53,987 nt of DNA from Rozella allomycis CSF55 (taxonomy: Eukaryota), in assembly GCA_000442015.1 (NCBI GenBank), contig KE560824.1, positions 1 to 53,987 on the forward strand, given 5' to 3'. A program made the translations under genes and the position numbers. Position 1 is the first letter of the stretch. Every line of letters starts with the position of its first letter. Positions 37,501 through 52,122 of the stretch are shown piece by piece. The notes under the pieces were generated by a model that did no database searches, had not been told where the DNA came from, and saw only the letters and a list, made by a program, of their open reading frames with translations.

Positions 37501-40323
37501 TGGCTAGAAATTAGAAATCATTCAACGTTGAACCCCTGGACTGTTGGAGAAGACGAAGAATTGCAGAGAAACTCATTTTATGCGCGAAAGAAGCGAAGAA
37601 TTAATAAAATAAGAAATTATAGAAAGTTGAAATCCAAAAGTGAGAATGATGTTGATGTTGAGGTTGAAGAGCATTCAATTAAGAATATTAAGAGTGTGAG
37701 CGAAGATTGTAAAGAGAATACGAGTAGAGTAAGTAGAAATAGCAGTAGGAATAGCAGCGTTGATCACCAACACAGTCATTCGCAAGTTCATGGTCATAAT
37801 AATGTGCATCGAGTTGAGCATAATCATCCTAATGTTGAACATAATCATTCTAATGATATCAAGGATAAAATTAGTTCATTGATTGATAAAGCTCATAAAA
37901 TAGAAGATTTTGAAGAAAATGAAAAAGAAAAAGAAGATTTAACAGAAAAGAAAGAGATTGCTAAAAGAACGCTTAGAAAATTGTTACCTGAACTTTGGAC
38001 TAGACGAAGATTTAGAAAACAATTAAGACAAATGATTAAAGAAGAAGAATCATTTAAATCACGACTTTTGTATTGTTATGCTACTAGTAAACTTGAACTA
38101 TTGAAAAGAGAAAATAATTGTAAATCAGACTTTAATAACATGAATTATACTTTGATTGTGAATGGAAATGATAAAATATTAAATTTTGTCACACAATGTG
38201 ATTCTGGAAATTTGCAAAATGAAGACTCCCATTTAATTTTTCATTTGCTGAATCAATCTTTAGTTTTAGCAGAGAGAAGTAATCAATTTCAATTCATTCG
38301 TAAAATTTTAATTCAATTTGTAACGATATTAAGAGATTTTAAGGATTCTATGAATAATCTATCAAAGTATGTTGAAACTTGTTGTAAATTTATTTTTACG
38401 AATAAAGTTTTTATGAATTTAATTTCAAAAGATAATTTTCCAATTGAATCTATTTTTAAAAGTTTTAATGGAATTGCAGAGGATTGCATTGAAAGGGAAT
38501 TGGTTTTGGAATTTGGGTTTTATTCTATTTGTTTGTTGAAATTGGATAATAAAATGCAAACTGCAGAGTTGGTTAAAACTTTGATGGAAAATGAATTGAA
38601 AATTTCTCTTCAAATAAACAATAAAGGAATTGAAATTCAATCTGTAAAATCATCTACTGAAAAATCTTTTTATTATTTCAATCTTGCTCAATCTACGTTT
38701 TCTTCTAATAAAAAGAAATCTTTGATCTATTTTTCAAAAGCTTTTGATTGTTGTTCTGGAATTGTGAATTCAATTCAAAAATTCATTAATCATAAAATTG
38801 AAATAAATTCTAACCAATTTAAAAATTTTAATGATCTATTTATAGCAATCTTTTCAATCTTAAAAATATCGCATGGGTATTCCAGATCTATTCAGATTTG
38901 TAACGATCTAATCTACTTGGCTATTCATTTACTTGAAATCTTGAATAAAGATCCAAGAAACAATCTTTTAAATAAATCCACAAGTTTAAATTCTTTATCG
39001 TTTACTGGCTCAGAGTACCTCTTTCATTGGAAACAAGCGTTGAATGTTCTAGTCTTGAATAACGACCATCAAAATGTTCTTTTTGTTTCAAATTATCTTT
39101 ATGGTTTATCAAAGAAATTATTAATAGACCCCAAAGAGTCTAAATTCAATTTGTTGAGAGCTCATTTGCATCTAAACCAATTAGATAAAGTGATTGATTT
39201 ATTAAATGAAAATGATTATAAATTACAAGGGTTTGAATTAAGAAATGAAATGTTCAAATTGGAAAATAATTCAATTCTAAATCTATGTGAGAAATTAGAT
39301 GAACCCGAATTGGTGGATCTATTGTATGAAATTGTTTTAAGAAATAATCCAAATAAAAAACAAGCATTAACAATCCTAAATTCTTCAGTGAATGAAAAGA
39401 TTAAAGTCAAGTGCTTAATCGTTATTGAAAATTATTCAGAAGCTCTGTCGTTGGCTTTGAATGCCCTACCCAACTCTTCACATTCTGACTATTTTTATTT
39501 TGCAAAACTCATAATGGAAATATCTTTAATTTATTCTCCTCTTCTATCACAACCCATAAATGATATCTTTGTTTTTCAAGATTTAAGTATTCTTCAAGTC
39601 TTTGATTGGAAATTTAATACCCTCGTCAATCAACCATTCGTCTATGAAAATGAACTGAATGCATTCATTCAATTCTCTCAACAACTAATAAAAAGATACA
39701 GATTTGATCCATCAAATAATTCTATTACCCATAAAGCAAATAAATTGTCAAATTCTTTAAAAGTAATAAAACAATCTCTGGTGAAGCAATTAGAATCTTC
39801 CATTAAGGACCAAAAGTCATTTGAAAATCAATTAAAAGTTTTATTGCTTCTAACTGCAACAATCAAGCAAGATACTGAAACGCTGGCAATGTCAAAATAT
39901 AAAGAAAATGCAAATATAATTTCTCAAAAATTTCTCAGTGGATCTGAATTAGTTGAATTCAATCTTTACGAAAAGTTACTGGATCCTTCATTGGTTCACA
40001 TTTCACCAACCATGCAGGCGATTATTCTATCACATTTCACGGAAATAGCAGAGAAAATTAACGATCAAATATTCCTTTACTCTTTTCCATTTGAAAATGC
40101 CCTGTTCATATGCTACAAGAATGGAAATGTCACATGTAGAATATCTATCAGAATGCAAGATCAAATACATGTTGAATGGGATGGTAACCTAATTGCTACC
40201 AAAGAAAACCCGAATCTAGACTTTGACTTGCTCAAGGACCTGCTTTCACAGCCAAATTGCTACAACGAAAGAATTCCGCAATGTCTCACAGACCTTGTTG
40301 CACAGTTACAATCAATTAAATAA
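34535..40323 (+). CDS. CFAP54: Cilia/flagella-associated protein 54-like (start uncertain)
   Basis: ERLLEMGDVMV..YYMA, NDYMGTGIFIP..ISGLAVNKDYNIGV and HPRFLEL resemble CFAP54; a 26-nt intron (35231-35256) joins the two ORFs in frame. Confidence 0.65.
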
Positions 40324-40428
40324 ACTTTTCCACAAATAAATACTTCCAATCACCCTTATTTTTTCAAAAAAACATGTAAAAAAAGTCGAGACTTTTCCGA
40401 AAGGCACCCACGTTTGTCAAGCCACAAA

Positions 40429-40902
40429 ATGTCACTATTTTTCTTCATCCTCGCCTGCCTATTCATCTCCGCGCAAGCCCAATCACAGGCCGATTCCGGC
40501 ATCAGCGAGTCTCCTTTACGAGCCCTGTCGCAGATCCAAAATTCGCCACCAGATTCCGACATCTGGTTTTACCAATCAGAAGGGCATACCGCGATCCACA
40601 ATTTTAGCGCCGACAGCGAACACACTGGACTGGAAACAAATAGCATTCGGGGTACATCCGTGCTGTATGGCTTTCAAGATGGGTCGATACACCGCCAAAC
40701 GCCAAATGGAGATACCAAGTCGAAAAGAAATAGCGATGCTACGTCACTTGGAACGGAGAATTTGCATGATACTCGGATCGTTTCGGATGTTAGTACGGAT
40801 AGGTACTCTCAGGTTACCGTACAAGAGGATGCCGAGGCTAGTCACTGTTGTGCACCGATTTTCAGATCGTTGAAAAGGAAGCTAGCTAGAAGAAGGAATT
40901 AA
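40429..40902 (+). CDS. Small secreted hypothetical protein
   Basis: Signal peptide MSLFFFILACLFISAQA; locally higher GC; basic C-terminus. Confidence 0.65.
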   Translation: MSLFFFILACLFISAQAQSQADSGISESPLRALSQIQNSPPDSDIWFYQSEGHTAIHNFSADSEHTGLETNSIRGTSVLYGFQDGSIHRQTPNGDTKSKRNSDATSLGTENLHDTRIVSDVSTDRYSQVTVQEDAEASHCCAPIFRSLKRKLARRRN

Positions 40903-41032
40903 TACCGCGATAACGTATATCATCGTATGCATCCAATAAATTAAGATTATTATGTTAAATATTTCATTTAAAAGTTGTGACTGGCAAATTGCGACGTTGG
41001 GTTTATATTTTTTTAAATAAAGAAAATAAAAA

Positions 41033-41104
41033 CTCTTCGTCGGGGAATCGAACCCCGGCCTTCCGCGTGACAGGCGGAGATACTTACCACTATACTAACG
41101 AAGA
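41033..41104 (-). tRNA. tRNA-Asp(GTC)
   Basis: Identical to 34010-34081; T-tract terminator. Confidence 0.97.
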
Positions 41105-41497
41105 CTTGTTTCATTCTAATGTTGGCAAAACATCATAGTAATTGTGGTTTGTAAAAATGACCCTTTTACTCTCTTGGAATGTTGGTGGGTCATCAATCGT
41201 CATACAAGTATAGATACGGGACCAATAAAATATTGCCATTGATGATTGAATAGTCAGATATGGTTCTAAATAGTATTGAGTACTCAGCATATCAGTGTTG
41301 GACATTGATTACTGAATAAATAAATATAAACTTTAAAACTTTTTGTATTTACACTTACGTTTGTTAAACAATTTTAGTAGAGTGGGAAATGGAAGAATAT
41401 AGCGCGGTACGTTTTACTTACAAAGGCTAATGATATCTATATCCTTTTTAAAATTAATATATTCTAATCACATATAATTAAATAAAATGCTCTTTAT

Positions 41498-44400
41498 TTA
41501 ACTAATCGTACTAAGTAGCCTTTGCTCATAAGTGTTTCTTTTCGAATATGACAAAACACCCATTCCTAAACACGCACATGCAGATAAACTAGATAAAACA
41601 ATAATCATAACATTATTAGCCGTATGATCACCTTCATCATCTCCTTCGTTACTTTTCTTTACAATTTCCAAAGGCTTGTCAGAAATGTGATCAACTTTTT
41701 CTCCTTTTCGATTCTCGATATTTATTTTTTTAGCTTTTTGATTTAGATTGGATTTACTCTTTGATTTCTTATTAGACGACCTATCGGGACTGGGGGTTTC
41801 AGAGGTTTTTTGCTTGGGATTCCGCTTTGATTTCGACATCCTGTGTGATTGCAATTTATCGGAACTAGAGTGGTTGGACTTTCGCTTTGATTTTGACTTC
41901 AAAAGTTGTTTATTAGTCTTAGATCGGTTTCGTTTTGGTATGGAAGAGGGAATTGGAGTTACATTGACAGGAATTAAACTCTTATTTGTTGGCAATGATT
42001 CGATATTCAAATTTAAAGGACTTGGAAAAATAGAGGTTTTTGAGGTAGACAAGGCCGCCTCTTCACTTATTTCTATACTATCAACTAACTTATCGACTTG
42101 GAGTTTCTTATTTTTCGTAGAAACACTTACATTCGGGTCAACCTGCATTCGGACTTCATTGTGATTAATTTCATCCTCCTCCTCACGAATTTTGTTGTTT
42201 CTAATATCATTAATGTATTCACGGTCGCATTCACTTTCACTTTCCTTTTCTGATATTTCAATATCATTTTCTTCATCATTGTCATTCACGCGGTCTCCGA
42301 TTGGTTTAGATTTAATGTCAGCATTAAGCTCATTCGAAGAATTTATAGTCTTACGCTGAGGAGTTTCAAGCCTCTGAAATTTAATGAAATTGAATAACTT
42401 GGTGGTCCAAGTTGATTTTGATTCTTCATCTTTTTTGTTATCATCTTCAGCAATTATCGGGACTACATCTTGAGGTGGTTTCAATATATTTGTATCAACA
42501 GAGGTATCAAGGACTTTATCAGCATTTTCATATTCATTCTGTTCGCTCACAATAGGATCTTTGGTTTTCTTTAAGTTATATAAATCTTCGTGTAATTGAA
42601 TACTTGGACCATGATCGGCCTTCATAAAGGATACATCATTCCCGATGGCAGCATGGGCAATTACAATGGGATTTTGAGGGGGAAAAGAATGTACCTTGTC
42701 AACAGAACTAGACTCCACTTTCACTGAAGGCACTACATTCGATGGAACAGCTTGTATAGGCGTCTTTTCATTTTCATGTCCGGCATTACAATGTGCGTCA
42801 TTTTCATTATTTGGCTGTGCTTGAAACGTTGGAGAAGTTGGAGAAACGATCCCTTTGTATTGGTTCGAATTAGCAATATCTATATTTAACATTTTTGGGG
42901 GCAGAGATCGACTTCGTTTTGCACGGCGCTGATGATTCTCGAGGTAATTGATATTTTCGCAAGCTGCAGGATTTTGAGGTGGCAATGTACTCGGGCCTTG
43001 ATTAGCATAATTTCCAGAAGAATTCTCAATATCACGATCCAAACCAGAGTCTAAAAACCTTGGCGATAAAGATATGCTACGTTTCCTGAAACTGCTTTTC
43101 GGCGTAAAATCATCATTTTTTCGCCCGCGAGAAAGTTGCGTGATTGCTAATTGATCCGTCTTTGATAAAGTTTCATCGCCAGCGCCATTATCTTGTGATT
43201 GACTATCATCAACTTCCTGAGATTGTAACACAACTTTCGCTGGATCAATAATTTCAACTCCAACATGGTNGACTCATCTTCCTTTAACTCACTTTCTTCA
43301 TGCACAGATTCCATTTCATTTACTTTAATGGATCTAATTTCACCTGCATGGGCAACATTCATAGAAATGTCGATAGTAAACTGATCAGAAATAACATTAT
43401 CATCAACAGACACATCTACAGCGTCTTCTTTCAGAGAATTGTCTGCCATTATTTCAATTTGTGCCGTTGTCTCCACGTTTTGATCAAGAGGCTGCTCAAC
43501 TACATCTTTACTTCTTTCATGCTCGTAAATTTGATTATCAGTATTTGTTTCGGCTTCATTGGATTCATTTTCAAGTATTTCTATCTTAGGATCGTCAACT
43601 TCTTCTTGCAAATCTTTCTCTACTTGCTCTTTGGTTATAATATTCTCTTTTTTAAGCATCGATACTTCCATTTGTTGTATTTTAACTTTGTCATCTGATT
43701 CCTCTGTTTGTAGCTCGTCTTCCACTTGATCTTCGGTCGCAATACATTCATCTTCAACGTTGTTACTGAAAACATCGATTTGATGTTGCCTTTCAACTTC
43801 CTGAGATTGTAAAACACTGTCCGCTTTATCAATAATTTCAACTCCAACATGGCGACTTTCATCTTCGTCAACAACCCCATCATTATGTTGATCTCTTGGC
43901 AACTCGCATTCCTTTTGTTCCATTTGATCAATAATTTCATCTTCAACATGGCGGCTTTCAACTTCCACATCCGCTTCTTTTTCCCTTCGTGACTCTTCTT
44001 CCACTTGATCTTGGGTCTCAATAATTTCACCTTCAACGTGGCCACTTGCAGCATCAACATTTAGATCTTCATCTTCTACTGACTCTTTGCGCTCAATAAT
44101 TTCCTCTTCCAAATCGTGACTGTCAAACTCCAAATCAACCTCTTCATCCCTTGGAAACTCACCTCCCACTTGATCTTCATTGTGAACAACGAATTCATCT
44201 TGCACGTTCTGGGCTACTTCATCTTTATGAATTTCAATTTCTTGCACCTCCTGTGGCTCACATTCTACTGGATCGGTGCATTGAACACTTTCATCCTTAA
44301 CAGAAATTTGAACCTGTTGACTTTCAAGGTCATCTGTGTTTATATTAACTTCAAGAAAATCTTTATGCACAATACTTTCATCATTTTTAGGAAATTCAAA

Positions 44401-47400
44401 TGGATTCTCTACAGCGGTTTCTAACGCAAATTCCACTGGCTCACGCAACTCAAAACTTTGATTTTTGACATTCTGACTAACAGCTTCAATGAACACTTCT
44501 TCATCTCTTTGCATATCACATTCCTCTCGATAATCAGTCTGTATTGTTTCCTCTTGACCATTTTGACTTGTAGCAACATTTACATCAATTGGCTCTTCAA
44601 TCTCAATAGCTTCATCATCAGAATCATGAATAACAAGATCTATCTGTTGCTTTTCATTTTCATCTTTCTGTGGCTCACTTGCATTATTGTGCTCATCTTC
44701 ATAAGCATTGATCTCGTGTTCCACAGTGTCATTGTCTATTTGTTCCATACTTTGATTTTCAAATAAAGAGACCTTAACTTCCTCTTGTGACTCACTTTCA
44801 ACTGGTAATAAAGGCGTGGATATTTCTTCGTCAATAGTTTGCTCATCATCAGTACGTGGCTCGATTTTCTCTTTCTCATCTTCCAATATCAGGGCATCTA
44901 ATTGTTGCGTAACAATTTCCTCGGTATCTTGCAATTCATATTCCAAACTGTCAATAAACTCAATACTTTCATCTTCAATACTATCACTAGAAGCTTCAAC
45001 ATGACTATTATCAACTTTTTCATCTGGCTGTAATACGATTTCCTCGCCATCATCGTGAGAGATTTCTTCTTTTTGGGATTCGATTTTATCAGGATTTTGA
45101 TCGGGATCACTTTCCTCCTGGACATCATTAACACTATTTCCAAGGATTCTCATAAATTCTTCATATTGCTCTTTTGTAATATATGGTATTGGTTCCATTT
45201 TCTCAACCTCTTGTTTTAGCTTCGTTAAGTCATCCTAAGATAATTAATAAAGAATCTCCATACTCTACTCCTGATTTTGAGATACTCGACATATGATATT
45301 TCGCATTCGTGAATGCTTGCCCGACAAGAACCAGCTTTGGCGCCATTAAAATAGAATGTATTAATACGTGGTACCAAAAGTTTTATCAATCTAAAATCCT
45401 TCAAAAAACACATTAATGCATTCGGCGGGAAAAGACTCTTAAAAACATCCAAGACGTCTTCAATCTCTTTTATCTTGTCAAGAACCTTATCTCTACATTC
45501 AACAGCCATTTTCCGTAGTTTAAAATTCTCAGTTTCCAATTTCTTGACTTGAAGATTAACGGGACTTTTCCTAACATTTTTATCGAGTTCTTGGTAGATT
45601 TCACTTTGGCAATCTAAAACTTCACAAACATTTTTACAGTTGATGCACCTGATATCATGTGGGCTTTCAATTGGCTTCCTGAATTTATCATATACGGGCA
45701 CCACTTGATCATCTTTATAGTCACCCAGTTGGGATATAGCGTTTCTTATATCCACAGCATCCATAAAAGCACTTTCAGAAAGCACAATCTCATCTCCCAT
45801 AAAGCTACTAAATACTGTGAGTATAGATTTGAGATAATTGTCTAGGATAGGGACAATTAAAGATGCGGTCTGGCAATTATTCTCTGCGGCAGCCTTAAAC
45901 TTGGCATTTTGATTTTTGACTGTTTTGATATATTTGGGAGATAATGTTGAATATATATCCAATTCTTTACATTCCAAATTGACATCAGCGATACCGTGAC
46001 TAATGACATCATCACCCAATAGTTCTTTGTAATGCGCCTTTGTAATATGTGCAATAGGTTCCATTATCTCAATTTCTTTTTTCAGCATTGCGTAATAAGG
46101 CTAAGTTGGTTAATATACATTTTGGTACCATTTGCATGTAATTATTGCACTGATAATATAAATCCTGGGTTTGTTTAATGATCTTGTGATCAGGGCCAAT
46201 GGAATCATTATTAAAATAATATGTTCCAATATCAATTATTAACGATGGGACAATTTCAGAATCTCTTGATATACTCGCGTATTCTTCCGGTGGGAAAAGA
46301 CTTTTAAAAACATTTAAAACGTCTTGAATCTCCTTTTCCTTGTCAAGTACCTTGTCCCTACATTCAACAGCCCTTTGTCGAAGTTTGAAATTTTCAGTCT
46401 CCCGTCTCTTAGTTTGCTCATAACTCTCATCCTTTTTTATAAGTGTAATAAGTTCTATCGATTCCTTTGTTGCCTTATCTTTAACAAATCGACAATTGTA
46501 TTGGCTGTAGTATATACAATCAAGGTTTTCAGTACCATAACACTCGCAAATATCACCTGATTTACAATTGCAATTAGAACCGTCGGGAATATTTTTGCAT
46601 TTAATACATCTGAAATTATTTGGGGTCTTCTTAACTGCTTCTCTGGCACCCTTATACTCATCGACAACATTAACATTGCTATATTTGCCTCTTTTGAATA
46701 TAACGTTTCTTATAGTGACAGCACTCTCAAAAGGGTTAGAAAAGGATACATTCTCCACATTAGCAAAGGCGTTAAATGTTCTCAAAAGGGATTCTAGGTA
46801 ATTGTCCATGACAGGTATGAATTCAGATGCAACCTGACAATTATTCTTTGAAGCATTATAAAAATTTTGAGATTGTTTGTTAATTGTCTTAATATATGAA
46901 GAATTTAGAATTGCTTCAATGTTAGATTCCAAATTTTCACGTATACGGTCACAGTGACAAAAGCTATTAGCACTCATTTTGGAACAAGCTACTAAAATAT
47001 AAATGAAATTTTTTACGCTTTTTAAGAGGAACTCCATTCATTTCAGGGAGATCCAATGATACAATGCTCTCGGTGGATGGAACACTTAAATTAATACTAG
47101 CACTCTTGATTTCATTGGTTATGTTTATATCACGGGCTTCTTTTCTTACCGGGTCATCAACTTTCGCCTTTGGCACGGCCTTGCTATTTTCAGCGGGTAC
47201 TGATCTAGCAATCAAGGTTGTAGATATTTGAATATTATTTGCGCTTTGATTTTTCGTTTTCGCCGCGATTTTTTTCGAAGAGGACACAGATCTATCGGTC
47301 AAGGCTGTAGATTTTTGAGTTTTGCTTGCAGATGAAGCAATATTATTTGAACGTCGATGTTTAAGCCTTGAAAGTCCACTTCCAGAAATTCCTTCTTCCT

Positions 47401-47659
47401 TCTTTATGATCTCCTCGAAGCACTTTTTCAAAAGATCACACTCATCAGGGATGTCTTCCAATTTCAAACGCTTTGTCTGATACTTGTCTGTCAAAATACT
47501 AGACTGCGTGCAAGTCGCTCGTAGATTTTCTACTTTTTTGAGCATATCTTCTGCACCAGCCCAGTTTTCTGACGTGAAAAGTTCTCTTAACTTGACAGCG
47601 GGTGTTGCAATAGTGAACGAAATAAATATTAACAATAGTAAGATGCAAAGACACTTCAT
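41498..47659 (-). CDS. Giant (~2000 aa) type I membrane/surface protein with duplicated Cys-containing domain and acidic repeats
   Basis: Signal peptide at 47659; in-frame GT-AG introns 46989-47016, 46101-46128 and 45235-45263 join four ORFs; frame shift only at N 43270; C-terminal TM + KR. Confidence 0.75.
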
Positions 47660-48475
47660 CGTGGCTTAGCCCACGTCGCGGTGCCTAAAAATCCTACAAG
47701 GGTCCAGGGTGTCGATAAGACCATGCCACTAGATGAACCGGTTTCTCGATCGTATTCAGCGATGAACATAGCAAATTTTAATAAATGATTACAGTCGCTC
47801 ACGCGTTGTAGACATTGAAATAAAAATGTTTGAACAAGGTCTAGGAACTCAATTGTTTCCGAAATCAATCTTGATTGCTAAAATCATATCATCATCTATT
47901 CTTTTTCGATCAAATTCTGGATTTGCTTGCAATTTTTTAGTGATGTGTTAGAATGTTTGCCAGGCGGCGGAAATAAGAGGTTAATATTTATTAGTCAACT
48001 TAACAACTGCCAGTGTCTTTTAGTTCTAAAATATAAACTTGTTGACTCTTGAGTGAATAAATTGCACATATTTTAAAAATAGTAAGAATCATGTAATAAC
48101 TTTAGGTCTTAGAATCATAATTTTTTCTGGTCTGTGTAGCTGATAATTCCAACAAAATCGAGAGATTTCAATTTGTAATTTTGTACTGATTCTGGGTGTG
48201 CGCGATTGGAAACAGCTTTTCACATTATTCTTTTTAATTAGTAAAAAAATTATTTCTTTTATATTCTTGAAAGATTGTTTGAAGATGATCCAGTAATCTA
48301 TGGCCGATAGAATTGTAATTTCAGAATTTTTAAACTTCCACTTTTTTGTTTCCTGTACAATGACAGAATGTACAATATATTGTCATTGTGACACCCATGA
48401 TAAATAGAATGATCAAAAGTATGGTCATGCCATTCTTTTTGTTTTATTATTGTTTTCGAATATTTACACTTTAGA

Positions 48476-51400
48476 ATGAAACAATCGCTATTATGGCAAG
48501 AGAATGTAGTTGACAGCAATTCATGCAAGGTTAAAATTCATAGTTGTGCTTTTAATAATGATGGATCACTTATTTTAGCGTCTGCCAATGCCCAAATATT
48601 GGTCTTTGATTCATTGTCAGGGAAATTAAAGGAAACTCTAAAAGAGCATAAAAAAGATGTCGTTTCAATTAGTTTCGCTAAATGCAAAGATTTATTTGCT
48701 AGTGCCAGTGCAGACAAATCCGTTGTCATTTGGGATGCACTTAGTTTTCAAACAATTGCTAGGCTGACAAGTTCAGATCAATTTAGAGTATAAAAATAAT
48801 ATTTAATTTATGAGTGTGTTGCTTGGAATCCATTTCATGATATGGTAGCGGCTTGCTCGGTATCAGAAATACAGTTTTACAGTGTCGGTACCAGAGCGGC
48901 ATATCGGATAAAAGTAAATTATATATTTCTTTGATATAATAGACATCAAACAAAATCTCTGCATGTGCATGGTCTAGTGACGGAAAATATCTCGCAGTAG
49001 GGTTCCTCAATGGACTTATTATATACTATGATACTGAAGGAAATGTCCATCTTGAAATAGAGCACTCTGACTGTGCGATATTTTCAATGGTTTGGAATAA
49101 AAATGTTCTGGTAGTTGGTGATTTCAAACAGACGTTAACGTTTTATAACGTACAAGGTGAAAAAATATCGAAGCAGCGTTATTTGGGATTTGATGTATCT
49201 TCTATAGCTATTTTGAATGATTATATGATAATTGGCGGGTCTGACAGAAAAAGCTACCTTTACAGCGAAGAAGGTGTAAAATTAGTAACTTTGGTTGAGA
49301 GAGATGATTGGATTCTTTCTCAAAGTGCTAGTCAAAGCATTCTTGCTGTGGGCAGTGCTGACGGGATACTTTCTGTTCACCAATTAAACCAGACAACTAT
49401 TCATGGATTACATGATAACATTTACGCATTTAGAGAAAATATGACAAACGTAATTATTCATGATCTCGATAATGGATTAAAAGCTAAGATAAAATGCAGA
49501 GATCTAGTAAAGAGAATAGCTGTATTTAAAGATAAACTCGCTATTTTGTTAAATGACAGGGTAGCGTTGTATGAACTTGAAGACAAAGATGACATGAGAT
49601 ATAAATTATACAAGAAAACGACTCTGAAAATGGAATGTTCATTAATGATTGTGGCTTCAGAAAATATCGTTGTATGTTTGGATACAAAGTTAATATTACT
49701 GACAAGCCAAGGAGAAGTAGCCAGGGAATGGGATTTTGATTCACCAATCAGGTACTTGAAATGCATAGGAGGTCCGAGCGGGAGAGAATGCTTGTTAACG
49801 GGATTAAAAAATGGATCCATCTTTTTTGTCTATATTGATAACAATTTCCCACGCTTGGTAATTAAGCATGATGTTGGAATACGTTGTTTGGATGTTTGCC
49901 AAATGAAACTTGCTGTAGTTGATGATAATTTCTTTTGCACGATATACGACGTGAAATCTAAATCGGTTATTGAGCAAATTAGAAACGTTGAAAGCATAGC
50001 ATTCAATTCTGATCACGAGGGTCTTTATTGTTATTCTAAAGACGATGTTGTTTATATCAAAGTTGGGCCGTTTAATCCTTTTGTCTTTAAAGCACGGGGA
50101 TTTGTTGTTGGATTCAAAGGGAGCAAAGTGTTTTGCCTGAATGAAATCCAAATGACTTCAATTGACGTTCCTTTATCTTTTGCAGTTGACAATTATTTAT
50201 CAAAGAAAATGATTAGAGAAGCATACACTATTTCATGTTTAGGAGTTACCAACGGTGATTGGAGAAAGCTTGGAGTAGAAAGTTTACATTATTTGGATTT
50301 TGAAACAGCATTAAATTGTTTTGTAAGATTAAATGATTATAGATACATTGAATTGATCCAGAAAATGAAAAATACAAAAGCTCCTTTGGAACTAATTTTG
50401 CTTGAAGAAGATTTGCTGAATGGTGAGTTCAAGTCAGCAGCAGAGAAATGTAAAAGTTTAGGGATGGAAGAACGTGCGATGGAAATTTTGTCTACAATGG
50501 GGATGTTTGAAGAAATGAATCAATTGAAATTAGAAATAAATAGCAAACAAATTTTAAAAGAAAAGGCAAAGTTTCAACAAGAAAGAAATGAAATGATAGA
50601 AGCTGCTGATACTTTAATAGAAGCGGGTGACTATTTACAGGCCATTGATATACTTGGCAGCAATGGATCTGTTGAAAAATTAATACAATTGGCTCGTAGA
50701 TTAAGTAAAATGGAATCTGAAGCACTAAGAAAATGTCTTTATTACTTTAAATTACTTAACAACTGGGATTACATGTCAGAAATTTTAATGAAGATGGGTG
50801 ACATACTCCAATTGCTTCAAGCGTACATTGATCTGCAAAAGTGGGATGAAGTTTTTAAGATTGTTGACAAGGATCCTTCATTGGCAAAGATTGCGTACAT
50901 ACCCTATATAAATCATTTAAGAGAAAAGGGTGATTATGAAAAGGCGATAAGATATTACTTGAAAATAGACCTTATAGATGAAGCGGTTAGACTCATCGGC
51001 AAACTTGTAGAAAAATACAAAGTACTCAAAAGATATGACTTGGTTTCAAGAAAGTATCTTAAAATATATTCTATAACAAAAGACGTCAAATATTTAAATT
51101 TTTCTATTCTTTATTATGCATTTTACCCTGTTTATAATTCTGTAGAGGAACCTTTTAGTACTTATTCTTCAGAGCAATTACTTAATATGGCCCGGTATTT
51201 GTACAGTAATTGGCATGTCATGGATCGAAAGGAACGAGCAGTTTTTGACATCTCGATAACTCATGTCTTATTTTGTTTATTTAAGGAATCAAAAAAGTTG
51301 GGTGCATTTGAAACTGCAAGATCTGCATTTACTCTTTTAAATGAATATCTTCATCCATGGACTATTCAATTAGATTCTTTATATCTTGGTATTCCAAGTA

Positions 51401-51864
51401 TAAAGGGCGATGAATCCCTACTACCAATTTGCTATCGTTGTTCCGCTATCAATCCCATCATTAACGACGAAGGACCCTATTGTTGCAACTGCGGAATTAA
51501 ATTCTTCTTTTCAATGTTTTCATTTGATCATCTGCCTCTCGTAGAAATTAAACTTGCTGAAAATTTGTCTGAAACGGAAATATCTAAACTAATTAGCACA
51601 GCGTCAATCCAAAAGAGTAGCACAAACATATTGGATAACTTCGATTTGAATGAAAAATCCCCTTTCATAACTCTACAGGCCAGTTCTTTAGAAATAATTG
51701 ATGCGAAATCACTCGTGCACGTACCAGAGACAAATTCTATTTATTATAACTGCGTACCAGATATCCCTGTTGTGACTTGCCCAAATTGTCATCAACTGTT
51801 TTCTGCTGATGACTGGGAGTTTGGATGCTTAGAAACAAGTAAATGCCATTTTTGTGGGGAATAA
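48476..51864 (+). CDS. IFT122: Intraflagellar transport protein 122
   Basis: WD40 start (FASASADKSVVIW), TIHGLHDNIYAFRENMT, KIKCRDLVKRIAVF, IRYLKCIGGP..E.LLTGLKNG, C-terminal CYRC zinc ribbons. Confidence 0.95.
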
Positions 51865-52122
51865 ATTGATTTCTTTCATACATTATTTCTTTTTCCGACC
51901 ATTTCACATATACTAAGTGCCAGGAAGTAAATAAAAAAAATATATTTGCCATACACACTCTTAGCCTTACCCAAACCACGTTCACATAGATAGACATTCC
52001 AACATATCAATTATCTAGAATAGACGATCGAAGAATAGAAGCTAAGCATTTCTTGGTTCAATCGGCATATAAAATTATAAATAAATATGGTCACGGGGCT
52101 TCCCCACTTAGGTTTTTACTGG

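Noticed and set aside
43147-43270. Frameshift in the giant acidic gene
   Set aside because: It coincides with N 43270 inside internal repeats, so it is not evidence of programmed frameshifting or pseudogenisation.
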